Below the pieces are notes generated by a model that did no database searches, had not been told where the DNA came from, and saw only the letters and a list, made by a program, of their open reading frames with translations. Made by a program: the position numbers and the translations under genes. A DNA stretch of 46,142 nucleotides from a virus (taxonomy: Duplodnaviria; Caudoviricetes). The stretch covers positions 1 through 46,142 of IMG/VR virus record IMGVR_UViG_3300028585_000034; one strand, written 5' to 3'. Shown one piece after another: positions 8,625 through 18,045 of this stretch (position 1 is the stretch's first letter; every line of letters starts with the position of its first letter).

Positions 8625-9558
8625 ACCAGCAATCCTGCCCGGAAATAAGCAAGACCCTACCGGAACAGACCGGCTTGAGCGCAGGGCGATGAAGGATTTC
8701 GCAGCGCGAATGAAAAAGGTCGTCGGTGCCTACATCACTGCTCTTGAAAGGTTCCCTGCAACACTCGCAGTAAACGCCAGCTACGAATACCAGCTCGATC
8801 CTCTGCTTCTCAATATGACGCTCAACGACGCCAGCATACTGGTTGACTCTGTTCTGCTTGAAGGGGACCAGAACAACAACTGGTTCGCTGAAACCTACGT
8901 AGAGGCGGCGGTTGTGAGGGGAACGGCGCAGGCATTCGCCAACCTGTCCCAGCAGTCAGCGACATATCTGGCCGACAGGCAATCCCTTCAGACGCTTTTG
9001 TTAAGCGATCCCTATCAACGCCGCATGGCGCTGGTAAACGCCCGCGTCTTTGAAGAAATGAAAGGGCTGACCGCTGAAACCAAAAGGAACATGGCTCGCG
9101 TACTGACTGACGGAATTGGCCGGGGGTTAAACCCGAAGGAAGTAGCCAGGAATCTGCGCTCACAGGCTGGTATTGAAAAGCGGCGTGCAAACACGATTGC
9201 CCGTACAGAGCTGACCACTGCCTTACGCCGTGCCAGATGGGATGAGGCCGACGAAGCAAAAAAAGACCTCGGCCTGACTATCCGGCTGATGCATATCTCT
9301 GCGCTCAGCCCAACAACCCGTCAGTCGCATGCGTTTCGCCATTATCACCTCTATACGGTGGAGGAGGTCAGAACGTGGTATGCGACAGGGGCCAATGCCA
9401 TCAACTGCAAATGCAGTCAGGTTGAGGTGCTGGTCGACGCTAAGGGGCAACCACTTAGCCCCAAAGTGGTCGAAATGGCCCGCAAAGAGTTCCAGCAATG
9501 GAAAAGCATTGCTGCCAACAAATCAAACCACTGCTGCGGCCATAAGCATGCCGCTTAA
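8611..9558 (+). CDS. Minor head / head morphogenesis protein (SPP1 gp7, MuF-like)
   Basis: RA.TIARTE and INCKC motifs; follows portal. Confidence 0.85.
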   Translation: MKKPKPAILPGNKQDPTGTDRLERRAMKDFAARMKKVVGAYITALERFPATLAVNASYEYQLDPLLLNMTLNDASILVDSVLLEGDQNNNWFAETYVEAAVVRGTAQAFANLSQQSATYLADRQSLQTLLLSDPYQRRMALVNARVFEEMKGLTAETKRNMARVLTDGIGRGLNPKEVARNLRSQAGIEKRRANTIARTELTTALRRARWDEADEAKKDLGLTIRLMHISALSPTTRQSHAFRHYHLYTVEEVRTWYATGANAINCKCSQVEVLVDAKGQPLSPKVVEMARKEFQQWKSIAANKSNHCCGHKHAA

Positions 9559-9573
9559 TTGAGAGATATCCCA

Positions 9574-10848
9574 ATGCCCATGCAGGTTAACGTCACCACA
9601 AAGGTGAACAGTCAGTCTATCCGGCGGGAGGTGCACAACGGACGCGATCACATCGTCATCCCGAGCTACACGCTGCCGGCCAACGTCGTTATGAATAACG
9701 AGCTTTATCCTGAATCAGAAATCGATGCCCACTATAAAGGGCTTGAGGGCACGCTGGCACCGCTCGGCCATCCGACTGTTAACGGCCAGTTCGTTTCCGC
9801 GTTCTCGCCGGAAGGCATTAACGTCGGCTATGCAGGCGCATGGAACCGCAACGTTAAGAAGTCCGGTAATCGCATCTACCTGGAGAAATGGGTGGACGTG
9901 CTGAAGGCCAACGAGAGCGAAAACGGGCGTGAGCTGATTGCACGCGTTGAGGCCATTGAGCGTGGCGAAGACGTCCCGCCTATTCACACCAGCGTTGCGG
10001 TATTCCGCGATCAGCTTCCTGCTTCCGATGAGCAAAAGGCGATGGGTGCCAACCATGTAGTGAAGATTCACGCAATGGATCATGACGCCATCCTGCTGCA
10101 TGAGGTTGGTGCCGCGACGCCGGAGCAGGGCGTTGGCCTGATGGTCAATGCTGACCTTGCTCAGCCACTCAGAACAAATTCAGGCGCGCTTATTGGCGAA
10201 AGCTACCGCGAACGCGAGCGCCGCATTGAGAAGGCCGCACGTGACCGGTTTGCGAGTGGACAGGATGAGTATTGCTGGGTTGCAGACTTTACCGATTCGC
10301 AGGCCGTAATCATCCGAAACGGCGGCGATGCTCAAATCTACGGATACACCTCTGAAGGCGGGAAGATCACATTCGACGACGCCGGAACACCGGTCGTTCG
10401 CTCTGAGTCGTGGGTGTCCCTCATTGGCAACAAATTCAAGGCACTTTTCAATACGCAGGAAACCCCTGCAACCAACCACCAAACGGAGGGCGACATGCCT
10501 TTAACCACTGAAGAGAAACAAGAGCTGATTACGGAAATCGGTAAAGGTCTGGCCGCTAACTTCGCTGAAGCGCTCAAGCCGGTCACCGAGCAAATTAACC
10601 AGCTGCAGGCGAACCACAAAGAGCTGTCCGACTCGCTGACCGCGAACTCACGCGCCGAAGAGCAGACCATGCGTGAAGCAGTGAAAGCTGTTCATGGCGA
10701 GCTGATCGCAAATGCCCTGTCTGGCGATGCCCTGAAAGAAATGTTCAGCAAGCTCGGCGTGGCGGCTCCTATCGGTGCTAACTCCGCGAGCAATCCGGCA
10801 GAAAGCGGCGCTCCTGATTTTAAAACCTACTTCGGAGGTGCTGCGTAA
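9574..10848 (+). CDS. Prohead protease / scaffold protein
   Basis: Position; LGHP and DHDAIL motifs; coiled-coil C-terminus. Confidence 0.7.
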   Translation: MPMQVNVTTKVNSQSIRREVHNGRDHIVIPSYTLPANVVMNNELYPESEIDAHYKGLEGTLAPLGHPTVNGQFVSAFSPEGINVGYAGAWNRNVKKSGNRIYLEKWVDVLKANESENGRELIARVEAIERGEDVPPIHTSVAVFRDQLPASDEQKAMGANHVVKIHAMDHDAILLHEVGAATPEQGVGLMVNADLAQPLRTNSGALIGESYRERERRIEKAARDRFASGQDEYCWVADFTDSQAVIIRNGGDAQIYGYTSEGGKITFDDAGTPVVRSESWVSLIGNKFKALFNTQETPATNHQTEGDMPLTTEEKQELITEIGKGLAANFAEALKPVTEQINQLQANHKELSDSLTANSRAEEQTMREAVKAVHGELIANALSGDALKEMFSKLGVAAPIGANSASNPAESGAPDFKTYFGGAA

Positions 10849-11300
10849 TGGCACGTTATCGTCGAGTAAATATTGACGGTCAGTCACTGTACAAGACCGA
10901 AACCCGCGCCACCGCAGCTGCGTTGCTGCCCGGTACCGCTGCTGTGATCAACGGCGACAATGAGTTCGCTCAGGCCGCCACGCTTAAGGGCCGACTCTAC
11001 ATTGTCGACGTCGCCTACCATCAGGGGCTGAATATCGACGAAGCAATCCCCGCCGGTGACTCTGCAGTTGGTAATTACGTGGAGGAAGGCCGCGAGCTGG
11101 CCGTGCGCTGCGTGCCTGGCGCATACAAAAAAGATTCACCGATCACTCTCGGCGCAAATGGTCAGTTCAAAATCGCTGCGGCAGACACTGACTCAGTGAT
11201 CGGCTACAGCCAGGACGAAGCCAACATCGCTGCGAGCACCACAGACCTCATCCGCGTGCGTATGCGCGCTGGCACCGTTGCCGCAGCCGCTGGCGCGTAA
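10848..11300 (+). CDS. Capsid decoration / stabilising protein
   Basis: 150 aa, located between scaffold and major capsid genes. Confidence 0.65.
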   Translation: MARYRRVNIDGQSLYKTETRATAAALLPGTAAVINGDNEFAQAATLKGRLYIVDVAYHQGLNIDEAIPAGDSAVGNYVEEGRELAVRCVPGAYKKDSPITLGANGQFKIAAADTDSVIGYSQDEANIAASTTDLIRVRMRAGTVAAAAGA

Positions 11301-11315
11301 TCAGGAGAATTAAGA

Positions 11316-12413
11316 ATGTATTTTACCGCTGAAACTTTGGCTGCAAACAGCCGACTGCGCGTGCAATGGGATTCGTTGTGGGCGCAGCGCAACATGTTTA
11401 ACCGCTCACATGATCTGATGGTAAACGCCTATCGTGGCGTGATGGATGCTGAAACCATTGCAGCCAACGCTGTTGGCGGCTTTACCCGTGATTTCTGGGC
11501 TGAGCTGGATCGCCAGGTCATTCAGATGCGCGATCAGGAAATCGGCATGGAAATCATCAATGACCTGATGGGCGTCCAGACCGTCCTGCCAATCGGCAAA
11601 ACCGCCAAGCTGTATAACGTGGCCGGAGATATCGCCGATGACGTATCAATCAGCATCGATGGTCAGGCGCCTTATTCCTTTGACCATTCCGATTACGATA
11701 ACGATGGCGACCCGGTTCCTGTCTTTACTGCGGGCTACGGCGTCAACTGGCGTCATGCTGCCGGGCTGAGTTCCGTGGGTATCGATCTGGCTCTGGACTC
11801 TCAGGCCGCCAAGATGCGCAAATTCCATAAAAAGCGCGTCAACTACTACCTCAACGGCAGCGACAGCATTTCCGTAAATGGCTACAAAGGCCAGGGCATC
11901 CGTAATCATCGCAACACCGCCAAAATCAACCTTGGCAGCGGCGCGGGCGGTGCCAGCATCGATCTGACCACCGCAACTCCGGCTCAGTTGCTGGCATTCT
12001 TCGGGCCGACCGGCGCATTTGGCGTAACGGCTCGCCGCAACAAAGTCACCGTTTATGACAAGCTGTGGGTGAGCGCTGAGATTTACGCCAACATGGCTAA
12101 GCCTTACCTGATTGACGTCAATGGCGGCACCAATGCCATGGTGAGCGGTACCGTGCTGGATGCAGTTTCCCGGTTTATTCCTGCCAAAGAAATTCTTCCT
12201 ACCTATGCGCTTACCGGCAATGAGTTCTTCGGTTATCAGCGTCGTCAGGACGTAATTTCTCCGCTGGTCGGCATGGCGGTTGGGGTTGTTCCTCTGCCTC
12301 GCCCAATGCCGCAGAGCAATTACAACTTCCAGATCATGTCTGCTGAAGGCCTGCAGATTAAGAAAGATGGCGAAGGCCTGTCTGGTGTCATCTACGGTGC
12401 CAACCTGGCATAA
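11316..12413 (+). CDS. Major capsid protein
   Basis: 365 aa, strong AGGAG RBS, position in the head operon. Confidence 0.85.
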   Translation: MYFTAETLAANSRLRVQWDSLWAQRNMFNRSHDLMVNAYRGVMDAETIAANAVGGFTRDFWAELDRQVIQMRDQEIGMEIINDLMGVQTVLPIGKTAKLYNVAGDIADDVSISIDGQAPYSFDHSDYDNDGDPVPVFTAGYGVNWRHAAGLSSVGIDLALDSQAAKMRKFHKKRVNYYLNGSDSISVNGYKGQGIRNHRNTAKINLGSGAGGASIDLTTATPAQLLAFFGPTGAFGVTARRNKVTVYDKLWVSAEIYANMAKPYLIDVNGGTNAMVSGTVLDAVSRFIPAKEILPTYALTGNEFFGYQRRQDVISPLVGMAVGVVPLPRPMPQSNYNFQIMSAEGLQIKKDGEGLSGVIYGANLA

Positions 12414-12423
12414 GGAAAAAGGC

Positions 12424-12720
12424 ATGACTGATAAATACGAAGTAATTCGCCCGTGGCATGGCGTTGCAAAGGGTGACGTGGTTGAGCTGGAAAAGCTGCA
12501 CCCGTCACTGAAATCGCACGTTCGCAAGCTGTCAGATAAGGCTACCGCTCAGCTGACTCCGGCAACGCCGAGCGCGACCTCGGATAAGCAGGCGCGCAAA
12601 GAGGCCATCACGAAACGCCTGGATGAACTCGCCATTGAGTACAAAGGAAATCTTGGGGCGGATAAGCTGGCAGAGCTGCTGCCGCAAGGCGAGCTGGAAA
12701 AGCTCTTTCCTGCTGAATAA
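12424..12720 (+). CDS. Head-associated hypothetical protein
   Basis: AAGGA then MTDKYEVIRPWHG; terminator at 12723-12746. Confidence 0.7.
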   Translation: MTDKYEVIRPWHGVAKGDVVELEKLHPSLKSHVRKLSDKATAQLTPATPSATSDKQARKEAITKRLDELAIEYKGNLGADKLAELLPQGELEKLFPAE

Positions 12721-12777
12721 CAGCCGCCGGAATGGCGGTTTTTTTATGCCCTGTTCCGGCAGGGCTGAGAGGTATTC

Positions 12778-13176
12778 ATGGTCACTCAGGAACAGGCAAA
12801 AGAGTATCTGGTGAGCCAGGGTATTTCGCTGCCAGACTTTATTCTTTCGGCGCTGGTCGAGCAGGCTGGCAGCATTCAGGCATGTCTGGATGCTAATTAC
12901 CCGTCAGCTACTGCACTTTTGATTCAGATGTACCTGTTAGGACTGATGGGGCTGGCACAGGGCGATCGTTATATCAGCTCTCAGTCAGCCCCGTCTGGTG
13001 CGTCGAGGTCATTTCGCTATCAGTCGTTTGCCGATCGCTGGTCTGGTTCGTTATCCCTGCTTCGCGGGCTGGATAAGTACGGATGTGCAACAGCGCTTAT
13101 ACCTCCCAATCCGGGTCAGAAGGTATTTGCAGGAATATGGATTGCTAAGGGCGGATGCATGTCTGGGGATAAGTAA
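12778..13176 (+). CDS. Head-tail adaptor
   Basis: Size and synteny. Confidence 0.65.
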   Translation: MVTQEQAKEYLVSQGISLPDFILSALVEQAGSIQACLDANYPSATALLIQMYLLGLMGLAQGDRYISSQSAPSGASRSFRYQSFADRWSGSLSLLRGLDKYGCATALIPPNPGQKVFAGIWIAKGGCMSGDK

Positions 13177-13343
13177 TGGACTGGCATGCTGCACAGCAGC
13201 TACCCAAGCCATTCGAGCGGGTATGGATTAGAACATCCAATGGCCGGGAAACAACGGGGTATGTGAACAGCAGCGGCGCGTGGGTAATTAACTGTCCGCG
13301 CATAGCCGCGCAGAAGCCTGCCGTGACGAGCTGGAGGAAATAG
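13176..13343 (+). CDS. Small hypothetical protein (55 aa)
   Basis: TAATG coupling; MDWHAAQQLPKPFERVWIRTSNGRETTGYVNSSGAWVINCPRIAAQKPAVTSWRK fills the gap exactly. Confidence 0.7.
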   Translation: MDWHAAQQLPKPFERVWIRTSNGRETTGYVNSSGAWVINCPRIAAQKPAVTSWRK

Positions 13344-13344
13344 C

Positions 13345-13692
13345 ATGTCATCACTGGCTAGCTGGTCATACACCGCACAGGCGACGATCTGGAAGCGCTC
13401 AGGCGCAACCAATGATTATGGCGACCCGTCATTCGATGCACCGTTCGTAATTGCCTGTGATTATCAGGGCGGGCTGTCAAAGCGGCTCGGGGATATCGGT
13501 GGTGAGAAGGTGGTTAAAAATACCGTCTGGACCGAACACCCACTGGCTGACACGGGCGACTATCTGCTCATCGGCGTATCAACCAATCCTGACCCAATCG
13601 CAGCCGGTGCTGACGAGGTAATGCAGGCCATTCGCTATGCAGACACCTTTGAGCGCCTGACTGACGATTACGCCATTCTTACCGGAGCCTGA
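13345..13692 (+). CDS. Head closure protein
   Basis: Size and synteny; GGAGG RBS. Confidence 0.65.
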   Translation: MSSLASWSYTAQATIWKRSGATNDYGDPSFDAPFVIACDYQGGLSKRLGDIGGEKVVKNTVWTEHPLADTGDYLLIGVSTNPDPIAAGADEVMQAIRYADTFERLTDDYAILTGA

Positions 13693-13694
13693 GC

Positions 13695-14063
13695 ATGGGT
13701 GTAAAAGTGAAGGGGGTTAAACAGGTAGCCCGAAAGGTTAACCGGGCCATCGATAACATTCAGGATCGAAAGGTCGTCAGGGCGTTAACCAGCGCCATGA
13801 TTATCGGCGGGTCTCAGGCGGCAATCTACACGCCAATTGATACCTCATACCTGATAAACAGTCAGTTCCGCGAGATAGTGATTAACGGTACCAGAATCAC
13901 CGGCAGGGTTGGCTACACGGCCAATTACGCAGCGTACGTTCATGACCCGTCTGTCCCTCAGAACTTCCGGCGCTCGACAGCTCAGAAAGAGTTCCTCACC
14001 AAAGGCTTTGAAGATGAGCGTGAGCTTATCGACAGAACCATTGCAAGGGAGATGTCGCTTTGA
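13695..14063 (+). CDS. Neck protein (HK97 gp10-like)
   Basis: VKGVK...TPIDTS.L..S...YAAYVH...FL pattern. Confidence 0.75.
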   Translation: MGVKVKGVKQVARKVNRAIDNIQDRKVVRALTSAMIIGGSQAAIYTPIDTSYLINSQFREIVINGTRITGRVGYTANYAAYVHDPSVPQNFRRSTAQKEFLTKGFEDERELIDRTIAREMSL

Positions 14064-14443
14064 ATCCTCCAATGCATACGCGCGTCCGTAATTACTTTTC
14101 TGATGCTGGCCTAATCGGCAGCTTCACGCCGCAGTTGCTTATCTGGAATGACAGCGGCAATGCCGCAGATAGCTTTATGGTGTTCCGGCCAAACGGCGGC
14201 TCTGCTGTACGGAATGGCCTCGGATCAGAGTATTACGTGATGGTTGACGTGATTGGCTCCAAAGGTAGCAACAGAGCTACTGATAGCGCAGTTCAGGCAA
14301 TCATCGATCATGTTCAGGAAAACCCTATGGCAGACGAGTGCGTCGGCTATCTCCAGAATCTCGGCGGCATACCCGCACCTGTCCCAACCTCCGAGGGCCG
14401 CCTGGTCTATCGGCTTCAGTTTGTCGCCACATACGGCGCTTAG
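14060..14443 (+). CDS. Tail terminator protein
   Basis: Synteny before the major tail gene; GRLVYRLQF C-terminus. Confidence 0.65.
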   Translation: MNPPMHTRVRNYFSDAGLIGSFTPQLLIWNDSGNAADSFMVFRPNGGSAVRNGLGSEYYVMVDVIGSKGSNRATDSAVQAIIDHVQENPMADECVGYLQNLGGIPAPVPTSEGRLVYRLQFVATYGA

Positions 14444-14468
14444 TTAAACGTCAAAGAGGAATTAAAAC

Positions 14469-15212
14469 ATGGCTAATTGCCAGAACAGCAACGAACGTTT
14501 GTTCGGTGGCGCCGTTGTGCTTGAAGTGGCCGATGGCTGCCCGGATCAGGTACCGCAGGAATCAGAGTGGAAAGCGCTCGCCGCCGGCACATCAAAGGGT
14601 TTCGACTTCAGCCCGAATACGGTAACCAGCGATGCGGATGATGGCGGCGGCTATGTCGAAAGCATCATCACCAACTCCGATTTCACCATCAGCTTTGAAG
14701 GTGAAGTACGTAAAAAAGACAAGCTGGACCAGTATGGTATTGGCCGGTTCATTCAGTATTTTGCAACGGAACTGAAAGCGCGCCGTCAGCCGGGTATCTG
14801 GGTTCGCATGGAATACGGCCCGGTAACCTTTCAGGGTTATATGGTAGTGACCGCGCTGAGTTCTGACGGCGGCACTAACGACATCGTATCGCTGTCCACT
14901 GAGTTCAAAGTAGGCGATGCCAGCACGATTCAGGTAACCGACTCTGATGAAGTTGTCCCGGCTACTGGCGTCACAGTGACGCCAGCAACCACGTCCATCG
15001 TTGTTGGTGCGAATCGCCAGCTCACCGGCACAGTTAACCCGGCTGATGCTACTGACAAGTCAGGCACCTGGACAACGTCTGACGCGACGAAGGCGACGGT
15101 TAACAATGTTGGCCTGGTAACCGGCGTTGCCGCTGGCTCTGCGACGATCACTTTCACATCGCGAGATGGCGCCTTTACCGGCACCACCGCGGTGACCGTC
15201 ACCACGTCTTAA
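14469..15212 (+). CDS. Major tail tube protein with C-terminal Ig-like (Big_2) domain
   Basis: VTVTPAT...LTGTVNPADATDKS.TWTTSD...ATV...GLVTGVAAGSATIT. Confidence 0.9.
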   Translation: MANCQNSNERLFGGAVVLEVADGCPDQVPQESEWKALAAGTSKGFDFSPNTVTSDADDGGGYVESIITNSDFTISFEGEVRKKDKLDQYGIGRFIQYFATELKARRQPGIWVRMEYGPVTFQGYMVVTALSSDGGTNDIVSLSTEFKVGDASTIQVTDSDEVVPATGVTVTPATTSIVVGANRQLTGTVNPADATDKSGTWTTSDATKATVNNVGLVTGVAAGSATITFTSRDGAFTGTTAVTVTTS

Positions 15213-15216
15213 TTGC

Positions 15217-15252
15217 CATTTCAGGGGCTTCCTTGTGGTGGCCCCGAAAATG
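15217..15252 (+). repeat. CA/GA internal-loop hairpin (variant copy)
   Basis: cattt-CA-ggggcttcc-ttgt-ggtggcccc-GA-aaatg directly after the major tail stop codon. Confidence 0.65.
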
Positions 15253-15271
15253 ACATTTAACGGATGATGCA

Positions 15272-15946
15272 ATGACACCTCTGAAGGAAATAGGCGAGTG
15301 CCTCATCAGCGACGGAGAGAATGATTATTTCTTTCGGCCATCGTTCATGAGCATGGCGAGCATAGGCTCACCAGAAGACATCGTGACAACCTTTCACGAG
15401 CTGCATAATGATGAGTTGAAGCAGTTAGTGGACCGCGCGACCGAGGCATACAGCACTGTTCCTGACTGGCTGAAAAAGTATGTAGCAAGGCCGCAATTTT
15501 CCAAACCGACCATCTATGCAGCAATGCGCGTGCTGGCTGCCTGTTGTGACAATGACATAACACCCCTGACGGGTGAGCTGATTCCCGGAAAGTCAGGGAG
15601 GTGGGCTTTCGTTTATCGGTCCGGAAAGATGAATCATGCCGATATGGTGCTGATTGCACGATCGCTAATCGTGCACGGCATAATCGGCAAAGCCAAGGTG
15701 CGGCAGCTTCAGCGCCATGAAGGCGGACAGGCATCGACTGAATTTAACGCATTCGAGTACATCAATGCGGCTAGAAATCATTTTGGCATTAGCAGGAATG
15801 AGGCAGAACAACTGACGATGACAGAGTTTCAGATGCTGCTTTCTGCCAAGTATCCTGAACAGAAAGGCTTCACACGCGAAGAGTATGACAGCGTGGCTGA
15901 TGAGTATTTGGCGAAGAAAGCTCGTCGACTTGAGATGGGGAATTAG
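15272..15946 (+). CDS. Tail assembly chaperone (DUF6246-like)
   Basis: Position after the tail tube gene; LTMTEF C-terminal motif. Confidence 0.7.
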   Translation: MTPLKEIGECLISDGENDYFFRPSFMSMASIGSPEDIVTTFHELHNDELKQLVDRATEAYSTVPDWLKKYVARPQFSKPTIYAAMRVLAACCDNDITPLTGELIPGKSGRWAFVYRSGKMNHADMVLIARSLIVHGIIGKAKVRQLQRHEGGQASTEFNAFEYINAARNHFGISRNEAEQLTMTEFQMLLSAKYPEQKGFTREEYDSVADEYLAKKARRLEMGN

Positions 15947-16007
15947 TTTAAAGCCCTCAAAAACGTTCATAGGCGTTCGTTGCAGTTCGCTATATGTACG
16001 ATTAAGG

Positions 16008-16036
16008 TTGCAGTAGTTTGTTGGCGGTAATAGAAT
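16008..16036 (+). promoter_or_regulatory. Sigma70 promoter of a moron
   Basis: TTGCAG-17 bp-TAGAAT. Confidence 0.7.
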
Positions 16037-16096
16037 TCTATTGTCTGACGTAAGCGTCAATCGCTACAACAATGACAATTAAGGAGTATCTATATC

Positions 16097-16129
16097 ATGA
16101 GAATTAACGAAGAATTTGACGGATTCTAA
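16097..16129 (+). CDS. Candidate 10-aa micropeptide MRINEEFDGF
   Basis: AAGGAG at 16081; lies between the promoter and a terminator at 16156-16183. Confidence 0.5.
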   Translation: MRINEEFDGF

Positions 16130-16200
16130 GCCGAAACTAAACATGAACACATGAACGGAGGTGCATATCGCCTCCGTTTTTTATTCAATGGAATGTCAAT

Positions 16201-16707
16201 ATGTGGGAATGCTTCAAAGCGATCATATCTTCAGAGATAACTCGTAATTTATTTGTTCTTCTAGGTATCATCGTAGCGATCGTATCTGTTAAGAGTAACA
16301 AAATCACAGCAAGAAAGAAGCAGACTGCTGATTTCCTCTTTGCTAGCAGAACTGATGATAAGCTTGTAGATGGGAATAAATGCTTGGCAGATTTGCATTC
16401 ATCTCCTGATGTAAACATGAAAAAATTTGCATCCCGGGATCAATGGCATACAGATGAATGCGCAAATATAAGATATGTTCTGAATCATTATGAGCGCGTT
16501 GCTATTGGCATACAGGCAGACATTTATGACGAAGAAATGCTCAAAAAGGCATCTTATAGCACCGTGATTAGGCTTCACAATCAAGCGAAGCCATTCATAG
16601 ACGGCGTTCGAGAGAGCGAAAATGTTGCTATGTACTATCAGGAATTTGAGTGGCTTGTGCACCGATGGACGACCAGTCCGCTTAAAAAAAGAAATGTTAA
16701 ATCCTAA
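16201..16707 (+). CDS. DUF4760-like membrane-anchored protein
   Basis: N-terminal TM; VLNHYERVAIGI...YDE...Y.EFEWL..RW pattern. Confidence 0.75.
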   Translation: MWECFKAIISSEITRNLFVLLGIIVAIVSVKSNKITARKKQTADFLFASRTDDKLVDGNKCLADLHSSPDVNMKKFASRDQWHTDECANIRYVLNHYERVAIGIQADIYDEEMLKKASYSTVIRLHNQAKPFIDGVRESENVAMYYQEFEWLVHRWTTSPLKKRNVKS

Positions 16708-16714
16708 CCCACCG

Positions 16715-17029
16715 TCAGGTGGGTTTTTTATTGTGTTTTTTTATAATATCTGTGGCCTGATTTAGCACCTTGGTGTGTTCTTTTATTGCCTTAAACCATG
16801 CCTCTAAGTCTTCATTGTTCATCTCTGCCAGCATATTGAAGTAAGTCCTATCTATAGAGTCGGATGCAGCCTGTTCTGGCGAGTAATCTAAGGCATCCTG
16901 CAAAATTTGCACGATTTCAGAGTTCATAGATCTGCCATTAATTTTTGCACGCTCAGCTATGGCATCACGCATCCCAGCGGGTAGCCTTACATTAAATCTG
17001 TCCATTTCTTGGCTTGGGTAATTGCTCAT
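16715..17029 (-). CDS. Arc/Mnt family ribbon-helix-helix repressor
   Basis: DRFNVRLPAGMRDAIAERAK.NGRSMNSEIV. Confidence 0.9.
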   Translation of the reverse strand: MSNYPSQEMDRFNVRLPAGMRDAIAERAKINGRSMNSEIVQILQDALDYSPEQAASDSIDRTYFNMLAEMNNEDLEAWFKAIKEHTKVLNQATDIIKKHNKKPT

Positions 17030-17156
17030 CTCTTTACCATAAAAGTAGGTCGTTCGACATATAACTTCATAATAGCACCTACTTGACACCATCTAATATG
17101 GTGGTAAATTGGAACTAGTACCAAGTTGGTGTCTTTTGGGTGAGTGGAGAACCTTA

Positions 17157-17330
17157 ATGCAAGACGTAATGTACACAGGCCGAAAAAATGTTGTTTTCAA
17201 TCTTCGCCTGCCTGAACGAATGGATGAAGAGATACGCAGGATGGCAGAGATGGATGGCATTTCTATTAATTCAGCAATTGTGCAGAGGCTGGCAAAAAGT
17301 CTGAGAGAGGAAAAATTGAATGCGCAGTAA
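17157..17330 (+). CDS. Arc family repressor
   Basis: FNLRLPERM.EEI...A..DG.SINS.IVQRL; divergent from the Mnt-like gene. Confidence 0.88.
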   Translation: MQDVMYTGRKNVVFNLRLPERMDEEIRRMAEMDGISINSAIVQRLAKSLREEKLNAQ

Positions 17331-17403
17331 AAACAGCGAAGCCCTAACTGCGCTAACAGCTAGGGCTTCTAATTTGCCAGTTAACCTTTGCGAGAAAACC
17401 AAC

Positions 17404-17988
17404 ATGAACATTGTAGCTAAACCAGATTTGAACTTCCACGGCATTCAACTGCAACCTGTCGCAAATTTAAGTCAGGTATGGCTGACTTCGGCAGATATAG
17501 CTAATGCCCTCCAATATAAAAATGCTAAGTCGATAACCAATCTTTTCAATCAGAACGCGGATGAGTTCAGCGCCGAAATGACTCAGGTCATTGAATCAGT
17601 GACCTCAGGTAATTACCGGAAAAAGGTACGCGTGTTCTCTCTGAGAGGTGCACATCTGATCGCAATGTTTGCTCGCACTGCGGTGGCAAAAGAATTTCGG
17701 CGTTGGGTGTTGGATATCTTAGATCGCGAAGTTGCTATCAACATGCCGATTTCAGCCATGCCAAGCGAGCGTGAGCGTCATGCTTACAACGTTGATTCCC
17801 TGTGTCGGCACTATCAGGTGATGTACGAAGCATGGAAGACGCAAATTGAGCCTGCTTTGCGAGCTATTGAGTCACCGTTGGCAGGTCGCCTACATGACAG
17901 GTTTCAGGATGGGAAAGTGTTCATGAGCTATGTGAAGCAGGGTGCGGAAAATCAGTTAAAGGAAGGAGAGGAAGCAAGGATTCGCTAA
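17404..17988 (+). CDS. BRO-N domain antirepressor-like protein
   Basis: WLTSADIANALQY...VRVFSLRGAHLIAMFART.VAKEFRRWVLD. Confidence 0.85.
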   Translation: MNIVAKPDLNFHGIQLQPVANLSQVWLTSADIANALQYKNAKSITNLFNQNADEFSAEMTQVIESVTSGNYRKKVRVFSLRGAHLIAMFARTAVAKEFRRWVLDILDREVAINMPISAMPSERERHAYNVDSLCRHYQVMYEAWKTQIEPALRAIESPLAGRLHDRFQDGKVFMSYVKQGAENQLKEGEEARIR

Positions 17989-18045
17989 AAAGAAAACCGC
18001 CAATGTGGAGTTGGCGGCTTATTAACAAAAACCATGAGAGGCTTT

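Noticed and set aside
11646-12527. 293-aa minus-strand ORF and similar shadows across the structural genes
   Set aside because: Antisense to strongly supported capsid and tail genes; no RBS or motifs
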